Position numbers and translations under genes: made by a program
In this document: piece after piece, positions 29,824 to 39,598 of the stretch
How the letters are laid out: each line of letters begins with the position of its first letter
Numbering within the stretch: the first letter of the stretch is position 1
From: an uncultured Candidatus Bathyarchaeia archaeon
GTDB taxonomy: Archaea; Thermoproteota; Bathyarchaeia; Bathyarchaeales; Bathycorpusculaceae
Direction: 5' to 3'
DNA: 64,000 nucleotides
Assembly: GCA_964603675.1 (NCBI GenBank)
Contig: CAZRVS010000006.1
Location: forward strand, 19,587 to 83,586
Notes under the pieces: generated by a model
Databases searched by the model: none
Told to the model about the DNA's origin: nothing
What the model saw: the letters and a program-made list of their open reading frames with translations, nothing else

Positions 29824-30617
29824 CTGCCACCCTCCAGTCTTCTCTCATGCAAAAATATGCCTAGAAAGGTAAAGATCGAAAAGAACAAAATTATTCCGAG
29901 TGCAGCTATGCCTGGAGAGGTTAGAAGAGCAGATTCGATGCCTGCTCCCCATCTGAAAAGGTCTGCGGCGAAGGTGAGAGGGTTGAATTTGGCTAGGCCC
30001 GCGTAATATGAAGGCATGTAAACGATTGGATATAGTGCGGTGCTCAATCTGACTATTAATGCGTCCAAGACACCCAGTAAGATGTCGAATCTATCAGAGG
30101 ATTTAATGCTTACCGCTAGGGTTATGCTAAGACCTGTTACGCCGAAGCTGAATAGAAAAAGGGATGCTATAGCCACGAGAAGTTGGAACGGATTGAAAAT
30201 TCCAATTAAGTAAAGGACGAAGAGCATAAGGGGGGTAACATACATAAAGCTTCTCAATCCGCCTCCAATGGATCTTCCTAGGACTAGTTCTTTGCGGGAA
30301 ACAGGAACGCTGAGCAGATATTCTATGACTCCATGGTCAGCCTCTTGGTAGATGTCATAGCCTATGAAAATGGCTGCGGAATAAAGCATTGTTGTAATTA
30401 TTCCTGCTGTGTAGAAGTTGAAGTAGTTGCCTCCGACGACCAGTTGAACGTCGGGGCGAAGCATCTTATTGACCACTAAGCCGAAGAGGGCTATTTGAGC
30501 TAGAAACCAAATGGCGCGAATTATTAACAGGAATTTGTATTGCAAAACGTCCGTATGTCTCTTTCTGCAACCGTCCAAACTCTGCGGAGACTTATCATTC
30601 AATCTATGCCTCTTCAA
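29814..30617 (-). CDS. ABC-2 type transporter permease
   Basis: Six-TM paralogue whose start overlaps the ATPase gene. Confidence 0.8.
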   Translation of the reverse strand: MKRHRLNDKSPQSLDGCRKRHTDVLQYKFLLIIRAIWFLAQIALFGLVVNKMLRPDVQLVVGGNYFNFYTAGIITTMLYSAAIFIGYDIYQEADHGVIEYLLSVPVSRKELVLGRSIGGGLRSFMYVTPLMLFVLYLIGIFNPFQLLVAIASLFLFSFGVTGLSITLAVSIKSSDRFDILLGVLDALIVRLSTALYPIVYMPSYYAGLAKFNPLTFAADLFRWGAGIESALLTSPGIAALGIILFFSIFTFLGIFLHERRLEGGSWQ

Positions 30618-31551
30618 TGCTTAGGCCAGTATAATGCACGAAAACATCATCAAGAGAAGGTTCACTCATTTTAATAGACTTCACTTGCACCCGCTCTTTT
30701 GTGAAGAACTCCGTAATTTGAGGCAGAACCTCCTCAGCATGGTTTAGATAAATTTTCAGGCGGTTTAGCTCTGACGCAAAAACATCTGCGACAAAATCTA
30801 TTTTCTTTAATTTCTCGATAGATTTCGATGAGAGATCTTGTTTTAAAAGCACTTCTATGATGTCTCCACCAGGAATTGTGTCCTTCAGTTTTTTGGGTTC
30901 GTCGCAAACCAACAGTTTGCCCTTATGCATTACTGCCACTCTGTTGGAAAGCACATCAGCTTCGTACAGATCATTTGTAGCCAGAAGAATCGTTGAGCCT
31001 TCCTTTCTCAAGTCGCGTATCATATTCCAAATTTTGTGTTTACCAACGATGTCAATCTGCGCTGTAGGTTCATCGATTATGGCAATTTTCGGTCTTTGAA
31101 TCAAAATTTTTGCTATCTCAACCCTTTTGCGCATTCCACCCGAAAAGGTGTGTATGCTTTTGTGTCGTTCATTCCATAATTCTAGTTCTTCTAATGCCCA
31201 CTTGACCCTTTTTTTGCGTTCGTCTGAGGACAATCCGCATACTTTGGCATGCCAGTCCAAAACGCCCCACGGCGTACTAACCCATAACATTTTTGGTTCT
31301 TGGAACGCCATACCAATTAAGGTCCGAGCCTTATCTGGTTCTTTTGCCACATCGAAAGAATCCATAAAGGCTGTGCCAGCGGTAGGCTTAATCACTGTTA
31401 TGAGCATTAGCAGTGCCGTTGTTTTTCCCGCTCCATTGGGGCCTAGGAGACCAAGAATTTCCTGATTTTCAACTTCCAAGTTTAGATGATCAACTGCCGT
31501 TAAGTCTCCAAATTTCTTCGTTAGGTTCACAATACGAATTATCGACGCCAT
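30604..31551 (-). CDS. ABC transporter ATP-binding protein (DrrA/CcmA-like)
   Basis: Walker A GPNGAGKTT, signature FSGGMRKR and Walker B IAIIDEP. Confidence 0.92.
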   Translation of the reverse strand: MASIIRIVNLTKKFGDLTAVDHLNLEVENQEILGLLGPNGAGKTTALLMLITVIKPTAGTAFMDSFDVAKEPDKARTLIGMAFQEPKMLWVSTPWGVLDWHAKVCGLSSDERKKRVKWALEELELWNERHKSIHTFSGGMRKRVEIAKILIQRPKIAIIDEPTAQIDIVGKHKIWNMIRDLRKEGSTILLATNDLYEADVLSNRVAVMHKGKLLVCDEPKKLKDTIPGGDIIEVLLKQDLSSKSIEKLKKIDFVADVFASELNRLKIYLNHAEEVLPQITEFFTKERVQVKSIKMSEPSLDDVFVHYTGLSIEEA

Positions 31552-31610
31552 TTTTGCACCAAAGTGACGAGCAAATACAATAATTGAACGATTAATTAAG
31601 ATTTGCGAAC

Positions 31611-31748
31611 TTATTTCACATTAATTTTTATTCTTGTGATCAAGTCATCAATCGTGGTTGGTGATCTGACATAATCTAATCTATCGTGTTCATCTTCATG
31701 AAAAACACATATTGTTTCTCCATAGTACTTTGCGAAAGCTTCAGCCAT
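31611..31748 (-). CDS. possible 45-aa protein
   Basis: Only the C-terminal part of the 128-aa track ORF (MAEAFAKYYGETICVFHEDEHDRLDYVRSPTTIDDLITRIKINVK) has protein-like composition. A weak GGTAGG lies upstream. Confidence 0.3.
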   Translation of the reverse strand: MAEAFAKYYGETICVFHEDEHDRLDYVRSPTTIDDLITRIKINVK

Positions 31749-32034
31749 TTTGATTCCTACCAGTGTTCTCAACGCAAATGAAAACGAGGTTCTGAATATT
31801 TCCAAGTATCCGCAACGGAGAGAGGACAACGGACTATTGGAGATAGCGAAGTGGCATTGAAAATAGTATCCATGTATACCTTGAATTAACGTAAAAAATG
31901 TGCAAACATGAAGCGGAGTTTCTAGTGATTTGGAAAAGCTGGGCATAGAAGTTAAGTATATGGGTGAGCCTTTGAAAGAACTCTTGAAAAGCAACAATTA
32001 TAGAATAACAACTTTCTATACTAGCAATCGCTAG

Positions 32035-32610
32035 TTATTTAGGAAACTCTTCTTTCAAGTATGGACAGTTTTTATCCTCTATGCGATCGTAATATCCTAT
32101 TTCCCAATGTGTTGTGCTCAATAAGCCGTATTCGGTGCAGCCAAGCATCGAAGACATAACGTGTGCTATTTCGACTCTTTCGCTAGAGTTGAAGTGGCGC
32201 TTCTTAATCATTTGCATGACTAGTTTGCTCATTTTGCTCAGGAAATCACAGAACTGGGTGAATTTCTCAGGTCCAAACTCAGCAATTCTTTTCTCAGGAC
32301 ACCATGCCACGTATTTCTCAAATGGGCTTTCAACGCTTGGATCCACAGCAAACTTGTCCTTAGAGAGTAAAGTTTCAAGTTTGTAAGCAATCTTGCTCTT
32401 TATGACTTCTTTAGCTTTAGGTTCCACTGAAACACGAAAACTGAAAACAATTTCGTCATTCACACGATCCCTAATCAGGAAATGCTGGTCAATCACGCCC
32501 TCAATGTCTTTCACGAAGGCATAAAGATCAAGAAGAACGCTTCTGATGTGTTCTGGCTTACATTTGAAAACAGCAACGCACCAGTCTGCACTTAACATAG
32601 CAACCACCAA
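32035..32610 (-). CDS. hypothetical protein, possibly lantibiotic-dehydratase C-terminal (SpaB_C)-like
   Basis: DWCVAVFKCKPEHIRSVLLDLYAFV ... QHFLIRDRVNDEIVFSFRV resembles the W-x-hydrophobic ... FFIRY-x-D ... hLRLR pattern of SpaB_C / thiopeptide-type bacteriocin biosynthesis domains. This was judged by eye only. Confidence 0.35.
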   Translation of the reverse strand: MVVAMLSADWCVAVFKCKPEHIRSVLLDLYAFVKDIEGVIDQHFLIRDRVNDEIVFSFRVSVEPKAKEVIKSKIAYKLETLLSKDKFAVDPSVESPFEKYVAWCPEKRIAEFGPEKFTQFCDFLSKMSKLVMQMIKKRHFNSSERVEIAHVMSSMLGCTEYGLLSTTHWEIGYYDRIEDKNCPYLKEEFPK

Positions 32611-32670
32611 ATATAGCCCGCTATCTAAGTCATAAAAGGTTAACTATATTTTATTTGAATTAATTGAGAT

Positions 32671-34044
32671 TTACCTTGATAGTAAATCTAAAGCGGTCTT
32701 TTCAGCCTCTTTCGTTACGGTCTGCTCATCCAGAGTTTTCACGTGTCTGTCAGCCATTATGATTTTTCCATCAACTATAACAGTATCAACATCGTTTCCA
32801 CGCGCAGAATAGACTATGCTTGCGTAAATGTTGTGTAATGGTTTTAGATGCGGCTTTGAAAAGTCAATTAAAACTATGTCAGCCTTTTTGCCAACTTCTA
32901 AGAAGCCTACACTATTGTCAAGTCTCAGAGCTTTGGCTCCTTGTATTGTTGCCATTCTTAAAACTTCTTTTGCCGGAAGCATTTTTGGATCTAAATAGAT
33001 GTGTTTTTGAAGCAAGGCCGCAACTTTCATGGTTTCAAACATGTCAAGGGTGTTGTTGCTGGCGGGACCATCAGTCCCTAGGCCCACGTTGACGCCTAAA
33101 TCGACTAGCTCGTTTATTCTTGCTCCGCCTAGACCTAGTTTCATGTTGGCCACTGGAACGTAAGCCACATTGACATTGCGCTCGGCTAGAACGTGCCTGT
33201 CTCTCTCAGACAAGTGAATGCAGTGGGCAACGAGAGTGTGACCTTTGAAAAAACCTATCCTATCCAAGAATTCAACCTCACTGAAATCATGCTCCTTTTG
33301 AACCTTACAAAACATTTTTTCCGATTCTGCCAAGTGCATGTGCACGCCAGACCCGATTTCATCGGCCTTTTCTCTAACCTTCAGGAGTAGTTCAGAGCTG
33401 CAACTATAAGCTGAATGGGGCCCTAGAAGAGTTGTCACCCTGCCATTGGCGTGTTCATGAAACGTTTTGGCAAAATCTGCGCTTGCCTTGAGCATTCTTT
33501 CGCCAAGTACCTTTTTACTAATCCCAATAATGCCTTCTGCCAAGACTGCTCTTAAGCCGCTTTTCTCTACCGCTTTTGCGGCCATGTCTTCGTGGAAATA
33601 CATGTCTGCGAAACATGTTGTTCCGCTTTTTATCATTTCTAAGCAGCCCAAGAGGACGCCAGCATAAATGTCACCTGATTTTAGTTTGGCTTCTAGGGGC
33701 CAGATGACTTCTTTCAACCAATTATCCAATTCTTGATCTTCGGCTATTCCGCGAAAAAGCGTCATAGGCACGTGGCTGTGGCAGTTAATTAGCCCTGGAA
33801 TGGCAACTTTTCCTTCAGCGTTTAACTTTGTTTCCGCGTCTATTTTATTGGCAGCTGAACGTCTGCCAATGTAAGTTATTTTACCATCCTTTATGGCTAT
33901 AGAGCCGTTGTTTATGAATTCTTGACGGGTCATTGGCAGAACCATGCAGCCTTCAATTAAAATGTCTGCTTTTTCCAACAGTTCACCGTAATATGATGAA
34001 AAACTGATAATTAAAAATGTTCTGACCGCACAGACCCATTTCAA
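32671..34044 (-). CDS. mtaD: amidohydrolase, 5-methylthioadenosine/S-adenosylhomocysteine deaminase-like
   Basis: IAIKDGKITYIG ... GLINCHSHVPMTLFRG ... HLAES ... GTDG. The true start is probably the in-frame TTG at 33978, preceded by GGTGA. Confidence 0.85.
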   Translation of the reverse strand: MKWVCAVRTFLIISFSSYYGELLEKADILIEGCMVLPMTRQEFINNGSIAIKDGKITYIGRRSAANKIDAETKLNAEGKVAIPGLINCHSHVPMTLFRGIAEDQELDNWLKEVIWPLEAKLKSGDIYAGVLLGCLEMIKSGTTCFADMYFHEDMAAKAVEKSGLRAVLAEGIIGISKKVLGERMLKASADFAKTFHEHANGRVTTLLGPHSAYSCSSELLLKVREKADEIGSGVHMHLAESEKMFCKVQKEHDFSEVEFLDRIGFFKGHTLVAHCIHLSERDRHVLAERNVNVAYVPVANMKLGLGGARINELVDLGVNVGLGTDGPASNNTLDMFETMKVAALLQKHIYLDPKMLPAKEVLRMATIQGAKALRLDNSVGFLEVGKKADIVLIDFSKPHLKPLHNIYASIVYSARGNDVDTVIVDGKIIMADRHVKTLDEQTVTKEAEKTALDLLSR

Positions 34045-34113
34045 AGAAAGGATTCTTTCGTTTCACCTGTTCCTTAGTAGCCGGAAGCTTTGGGATTTAT
34101 TCTATTCACAGCG

Positions 34114-34584
34114 TTAAATCAAGGATTTTGGGTGTCCAATCTTTTTCAAGATCGGACCTAATGGTGTTTGCTGGGTAGTCTCAACCGTCAAATCTTCTTT
34201 AGCCATTGTCGGAGTGCCTATTTTTCTGCATATTAAGCTAAGCGAGTCTTCTGTGAAGTTTAGCAGATCTTGTCCTTCGCGAGTCAGATTGTACACTTTT
34301 CTAGGTCGCTCGCTGTTCATATTCCATTCGCTTTTGACGTAGCCTTTCTTCTCTAGGGCGCTTAGGAGTGGATATATTGTGCTGGGTCCGAAGTATACTC
34401 CGAAGGATTTGCGGATTTTAGTGATTATTTGGTATCCGTGCATGGGTTGCGTGCTCAAGAACTGTAGGACTATAAGTTCTAGGAGGCCTTTCATCAACTT
34501 GACTTGAACTTCTTTTTGGATGTTAACCATTTTTTTCCCTTCTGTAGTTGTGTTTAACAGTTTTTTTGTTAGACTTGTGTACAA
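34114..34584 (-). CDS. PadR family transcriptional regulator
   Basis: LELIVLQFLSTQPMHGYQI ... GPSTIYPLLSALEKKGYV ... RKVYNLTREG. The start may be the internal Met at 34530. Confidence 0.85.
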   Translation of the reverse strand: MYTSLTKKLLNTTTEGKKMVNIQKEVQVKLMKGLLELIVLQFLSTQPMHGYQIITKIRKSFGVYFGPSTIYPLLSALEKKGYVKSEWNMNSERPRKVYNLTREGQDLLNFTEDSLSLICRKIGTPTMAKEDLTVETTQQTPLGPILKKIGHPKSLI

Positions 34585-34766
34585 TATGTCTTTTCCCAGA
34601 CATATCGCGTGTCTTTATAGAACATAAACGCCAATATAAAGGTTCATGCTTACCGTAAGCATAAAGAAGCATAACAAAGCATACTCTACGCATTCCATTT
34701 CTTACATAACCTAAATAAGCCAAAACATGAACAAGTTCAACATAGAGCCTAACAGAACGTGAAAAA

Positions 34767-35093
34767 ATGACAGAAGACTTCAAAAAGGAAATTGTTCAAC
34801 GCATAACCAAAAACTTGCTAGACATCCAATTACTAAGATTGATCCAAGCGCAGCCTGTATGGGGCTACAGAATAAAAAAGAAAATAGAGACAGAATTCCA
34901 CGTAAAACTCAGACACGGCGCCCTGTACCCCATGCTTAACTCCCTAGAGAAGAAAGGCTTCCTGACGAGCCAAAAGCAGCATCAAGGGGGAAGAGCAAGA
35001 AAAGTCTACACAATAACGAAAAAAGGAAAAGAGTACACCAACACGTATTATAACATATTAAAAGAACAAATAGAAAGAAAAGACATCAAATAG
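34767..35093 (+). CDS. PadR family transcriptional regulator
   Basis: LLRLIQAQPVWGYRI ... GALYPMLNSLEKKGFL ... RKVYTITKKG. It is divergent from the other PadR gene. Confidence 0.85.
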   Translation: MTEDFKKEIVQRITKNLLDIQLLRLIQAQPVWGYRIKKKIETEFHVKLRHGALYPMLNSLEKKGFLTSQKQHQGGRARKVYTITKKGKEYTNTYYNILKEQIERKDIK

Positions 35094-35649
35094 CACACTT
35101 GTCGGTGCATAATGATGTCTACTCAGGATTCTCAATGAAAGCCTCAACTAAGCTGCGCTGTAACAACAGAAGCCCAGAACACTTTCAGAAAATTAAAACA
35201 GGAATACCAAGTTGAGTCTAAGCCTGAGCGATTTGACTTAGTTCAGTTAGCCATGAACTAACCATCGAAATCTGTCCCATTTGATGTTATCTCCTGAGAC
35301 TGACTCCAACAGTCGGTCACTGCACCAGCTGTTCTTTGTCGAGTCGTCCAAGCGTGCTTCTCAACTTGGGTAGACATACTTAGGGGCTGACAGAATATAT
35401 AAAGCTGTTTGTACAGCCGAGCACTCACTTATTTCCGACACTGTGCAAGATTTTTACACAATCAGTGAAAAACGGGTATGCTGTTTTAGAGTCAGAGGCG
35501 ATGTCTATGGTGTCTATTTATAGTGGGCGACGGTTTAGGATTGTGCGATGGCATTGTTCTTGTTGTTTTTTGCTTTATATTTCGTGAAGGTTTTAAAAGT
35601 AGTGGTTGTAACTCAAAAAATTGAGGTTGGATTAACCTAGCTCCGAGGA

Positions 35650-36297
35650 ATGGAAACAAACATGGACAGCAAGGAAAGGTTCGAGCAAGATCTGACATCC
35701 TTAATGTCAAAGCTAGCTCAGAATGTTGGAAAAGAAACAGAAAACAAACTAAATGTGCTGAAGAATCGGCTTACCCAGCTTCAAAAAGAGAATGTTGTGA
35801 AGATAAATCACTCCGTTATGGAACTTGTCTGCGCCAAATATCTCATTTTAAAAGGCTACGAAGTGCTAGTGGAGCATCCCCTAGGCGAATTTTTGACTTG
35901 TGACTTGTATGCTGTAAAAGGCTACGGAGGCCTCATAGTGGAGATAGAAACAGGTTTCATACCGCCCGAACACGCGCTGGACCCGTTGACGTATACTTCG
36001 GCGCGAATAGCCAGCAAAATCATTAGGTACAGCAGTTATGCTGAAAAATTCGCATTAGGCATACCGCCGCACTATATTTTGCCGTTTCCCCCAACATTAA
36101 CGTTAACTCCCAGAGAAAGAACAACGGAAGACATAAAGTCAATCAAAAATCTTTGCGATTTGTACTATCACAATCCGCCAGTAACGATTGAAGAAATTAG
36201 GAACGCTCGCATACACGATATCTATATTATTGGCGTCGACCAAGCGAATGTTCAGGAAGTTGATCCAGAAGCCTACTTTAAACGCACTTTCACATGA
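35650..36297 (+). CDS. hypothetical protein with a YraN/Hjc-like PD-(D/E)xK nuclease motif
   Basis: ELVCAKYLILKGYEVLVEHPLGEFLTCDLYAVKGYGGLIVEIETG fits the E ... D ... E-x-[EK] restriction-endonuclease-fold pattern. An N-terminal coiled coil precedes it. Confidence 0.4.
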   Translation: METNMDSKERFEQDLTSLMSKLAQNVGKETENKLNVLKNRLTQLQKENVVKINHSVMELVCAKYLILKGYEVLVEHPLGEFLTCDLYAVKGYGGLIVEIETGFIPPEHALDPLTYTSARIASKIIRYSSYAEKFALGIPPHYILPFPPTLTLTPRERTTEDIKSIKNLCDLYYHNPPVTIEEIRNARIHDIYIIGVDQANVQEVDPEAYFKRTFT

Positions 36298-36383
36298 AAC
36301 CCGGTAGCCTTAGCTCCCATTTGATTCCTGAACGGCTCAGCAAAACAAGAAAAAAGGGAGGATGAGGTGAGGCGTCTGATAGG

Positions 36384-38537
36384 CTAGTAGGCGCAGAACC
36401 AATAATCTCCGCGAAGAATATGAGGCGCTGCGTTCCAGAAGACGGCCACAAACACGTGTCCTGTGTTCACATATTTTTTCGGAATCGTTAGCGAACCGCC
36501 GCTAAAGTCCCAAACATTGTGAAGCATTCCTGGTTGGAAGTTGATCATCTTGCCAGTGCGTATATTGTAACGAACGCTTGGGTTTCTGTAGGGCTGAATT
36601 CCCGTGACATCTATGACTGCGCCTAGCCAGTTGTTCGGTTCGAGCCCTGTGGTTCTAGTCCAGCCTTCGCTTGTCCAACCATCTTCACCTGGTTCAACGT
36701 CATCAAAGAAGCCGATTTCTGGAATTTCAATGTCATCGATGTAAATTCCTTGTTCGTTGTATGCTCCGTCAGTCCAGTAGACGAAGTATAGGTCTATGTC
36801 GTGTCCAGCAAAAGCCGTTAGATCCATTTCTTCTTGATAGTATCCTGGGCTGAATCCTGTTAGGGCATACCATTTACCAGCAGAGTAGTAGTCCTTTGGC
36901 TCTCGCCCATCTGGTGTGTTCGGATTATCTTGTTCGTGAGGTAAGGTTGAAGTTGTTTCAAGTCCTTCAAGGGTCGTCCACTCGTCGACCGTCTTGTCGT
37001 ATACTTCCACATATGCATAGTCCCAATCCTGTTCAATTTCATAGAAAGTATAAAACATCAGAGTTGCGCCACCGATCGGAATCGAGAACGTTTGACCCAG
37101 TTTTCGCCAAGCCCAGTTGCCCATGCCTCCATACCAGTGATAATCTCCGCTGTAGGCCGATTGCCCAGATATGGCGTCCCCTTCGTAGAGGAAATTGACT
37201 TTTTTTCCTGCTGGAGTGAACCAGAATTCCCAATAGTTCACGGTGTAGGGTTGAACTGTCCCAGGCCACAGAGATGCTTGCCAACTGAATCCTCGATTGA
37301 ACTCCATACCGATCCACCAGTTCCAAAGGAAATATTGAATTGAATAACCCCACGTGTCAGTTGAAGGAATATCTAAACTGAAGTAGCCGTATTTGCCATT
37401 TCCGAGGGATGTATCGTCGATGTAGTTGGCGATGGCCCAGTTATGGAAGACTGTATCAAAAGTGATCGCGTATCCGAGAGAATCGAGTGTATCTTCAATT
37501 CCTTCAATGCCGTTGAGTGGGTTTTGCACAAGTTGTGAAATAAAGTTTGCTCCACCATAGTGTTCAGAGAGATATAGGGTGAACAGGTAGCTGGCTCCAT
37601 AGTCTTCTAGCCCGCCACCCCAGAAGGTCAGGGAAGTGAATGGGTGATAGGCTAAGTAATTTACAATATGGTCCTGTGGATGTCCGTAGCCGCATAGAAA
37701 TCCAGCGAAATCTGAACATCCTTCATTAATCCAGTCATCCTCATCAGAGTCTATATCGAAATGGATTAGATGCTGGAATTCATGTGCCACAACGCCCTCA
37801 TACAAATATGGACGGTACGCAGGGCCTCCCAATGGCGGATTCGGTCCTAATCGCCATGTCAACTCGTACGTGTCAATGTGAATAATGTTCGCATCGTTGA
37901 GTTGACTAACTGCTGACGAGAAGTATCCAGCAATGTAGAATTCTGCTGTCTCAGGAGACCAAAATATCTCATCTCTAATGTTAAAAATCAATATGTCTAT
38001 CTTTGTGTTGCCTGCCGGCCGCTCATTTGGCATGCCGAAGTAGGTGGTGTCAGTTGGATAGATTACCTCGTCAAATTGTTCCAGTATGTACGTCAGGTTT
38101 TCACGGGATATGATATCATGATATCCTTGCCAAAGCCAAGAGGTGCCAGTGTCACTCCAAGGGTAGAAGAAGTGGAAATTTCCTTCAGCATCTTCATAGT
38201 CCGCGACAACAGTTGCGTTTGTCAATGTGATTGAATCGTTCAGTCCAATCCATATTCTTCCATGTTCTCCTTCATACACCAACTCAAAATCTTGTGCATA
38301 TTCGATGCCGAGATAGTCGTCATCTACCATTATGGTCCAGGGGTTCCCAGTGTCTGGCTCCATATTTCCATATTTTAACAAATATGCTCTGTTGTCAATT
38401 TTCGATGTGCCACAAATCCAATCCAAATCTCTTGAAAACGACTGTTCAGTTTCTGCTTGCGCAACCTGAACGAACGCCAACGAAAAGCTTGCAACAAGCA
38501 CCGTAATAGCAACTATTGAAAATAGTTTTTTATTCAA
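36384..38537 (-). CDS. secreted zinc metalloprotease, M6/InhA-like
   Basis: Signal peptide, then VAHEFQHLIH (HExxH) followed by WINEGCSDF. Confidence 0.7.
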   Translation of the reverse strand: MNKKLFSIVAITVLVASFSLAFVQVAQAETEQSFSRDLDWICGTSKIDNRAYLLKYGNMEPDTGNPWTIMVDDDYLGIEYAQDFELVYEGEHGRIWIGLNDSITLTNATVVADYEDAEGNFHFFYPWSDTGTSWLWQGYHDIISRENLTYILEQFDEVIYPTDTTYFGMPNERPAGNTKIDILIFNIRDEIFWSPETAEFYIAGYFSSAVSQLNDANIIHIDTYELTWRLGPNPPLGGPAYRPYLYEGVVAHEFQHLIHFDIDSDEDDWINEGCSDFAGFLCGYGHPQDHIVNYLAYHPFTSLTFWGGGLEDYGASYLFTLYLSEHYGGANFISQLVQNPLNGIEGIEDTLDSLGYAITFDTVFHNWAIANYIDDTSLGNGKYGYFSLDIPSTDTWGYSIQYFLWNWWIGMEFNRGFSWQASLWPGTVQPYTVNYWEFWFTPAGKKVNFLYEGDAISGQSAYSGDYHWYGGMGNWAWRKLGQTFSIPIGGATLMFYTFYEIEQDWDYAYVEVYDKTVDEWTTLEGLETTSTLPHEQDNPNTPDGREPKDYYSAGKWYALTGFSPGYYQEEMDLTAFAGHDIDLYFVYWTDGAYNEQGIYIDDIEIPEIGFFDDVEPGEDGWTSEGWTRTTGLEPNNWLGAVIDVTGIQPYRNPSVRYNIRTGKMINFQPGMLHNVWDFSGGSLTIPKKYVNTGHVFVAVFWNAAPHILRGDYWFCAY

Positions 38538-38718
38538 TTTACTTTCTTCTCCTTCACTCTTATCGGCACCCTATATTCTACCTGAACTTCAATATGACTC
38601 TTATGAAAAATTGTTCTAGACGCTGAGCGTATGAATCTGTGAGACAATTTTATATTGCTCGTCATGTCGCATATTTCTATTTAACAAAAATGACTCTGTT
38701 GTGGAGCGCTGATGATCG

Positions 38719-38970
38719 ATGCCCTATTATGTTTACGTCATATTATGCAAAGGCGGCAGTTTCTATACAGGACACACTAAAAACTTGGACATGCGCATGA
38801 GGCTTCACATGAATGGGAAAGGCGCCAAATACACAAGGATGCATAAGCCCCAGAAACTTGCTTACGTTGAAGAGTTCACCTCTCGAGCAGAAGCGATGAA
38901 AAGAGAGAGAAAAATTAAGAAAATGAATCACCATCAAAAACTTGGATTGATAAACTCGGAGGCTAAATAG
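38719..38970 (+). CDS. GIY-YIG nuclease family protein (UPF0213-like)
   Basis: YYVYVILCKGGSFYTGHTKNL ... RMRLH ... AMKRERKIKK. Confidence 0.85.
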   Translation: MPYYVYVILCKGGSFYTGHTKNLDMRMRLHMNGKGAKYTRMHKPQKLAYVEEFTSRAEAMKRERKIKKMNHHQKLGLINSEAK

Positions 38971-39070
38971 AGAACACCCTATCCTATCATTTTTGGCGGA
39001 TATTCTGTGAAGAGGAAGTCTTGTTGAAGACTTATTAGTAATTGCTGAAAGTTAAGATTGAGGAGAAGTT

Positions 39071-39541
39071 ATGCCAAAAAAGAAAACATGGACTGAAAAA
39101 TTGCACGATAGCAAGGACCTGCCTAAAGTGGAGAAAATTACTGACAAAATGAGCAAAAGATGGGGCACGGGCACAGTAGTTATTCCAGCGCCCATAGAAG
39201 TCAGTGAGATAATGAGAAGAGTGCCCGAAGGAAAACTTTTGACCATTAATGACATCCGCGCGGCCCTTGCCAAGAAACACGGAGCAACAATTGGCTGTCC
39301 AATAACTACTGGCATATTTGCTTGGGTCGCGGCCAACGCTGCTGAAGAACAAAAACAAAAAGGCGAAAAACAAATCACGCCATACTGGCGCACGCTGAAA
39401 AAGGGTGGACAGATAAACGAAAAATATCCAGGTGGCGTTGAAGCCCAAAGGCGACTTCTGGAAAAAGAAGGACACAAGGTAATTCAAAAAGGCAAAAAAT
39501 ACGTTGTTGTAGACTATGAAAAATCACTTGCGCAAATTTAG
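39071..39541 (+). CDS. MGMT-family DNA-binding domain protein (alkyltransferase-like, no catalytic Cys seen)
   Basis: VPEGKLLTINDIRAALAKKHGA ... TPYWRTLKKGGQI parallels the helix-turn-wing and PCHRV region of MGMT, with Tyr-Trp in place of Cys-His. Confidence 0.45.
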   Translation: MPKKKTWTEKLHDSKDLPKVEKITDKMSKRWGTGTVVIPAPIEVSEIMRRVPEGKLLTINDIRAALAKKHGATIGCPITTGIFAWVAANAAEEQKQKGEKQITPYWRTLKKGGQINEKYPGGVEAQRRLLEKEGHKVIQKGKKYVVVDYEKSLAQI

Positions 39542-39598
39542 AGTCACTTTAGCTTCTTTGAATGTCAACATAAATAATTAATTCTGCTCAAAAACTGT

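Noticed and set aside
31749-31997. N-terminal two thirds of the 128-aa ORF 31611-31997
   Set aside because: Its Ser/Phe/Cys/His-rich composition looks like translated non-coding DNA. Only the last 45 codons look protein-like, and even those are uncertain.
39035-39487. Two overlapping minus-strand ORFs (150 and 141 aa)
   Set aside because: They are antisense to the MGMT-like gene and are Phe/Ser/Cys-rich with no motifs. The plus-strand ORF has the recognisable domain.
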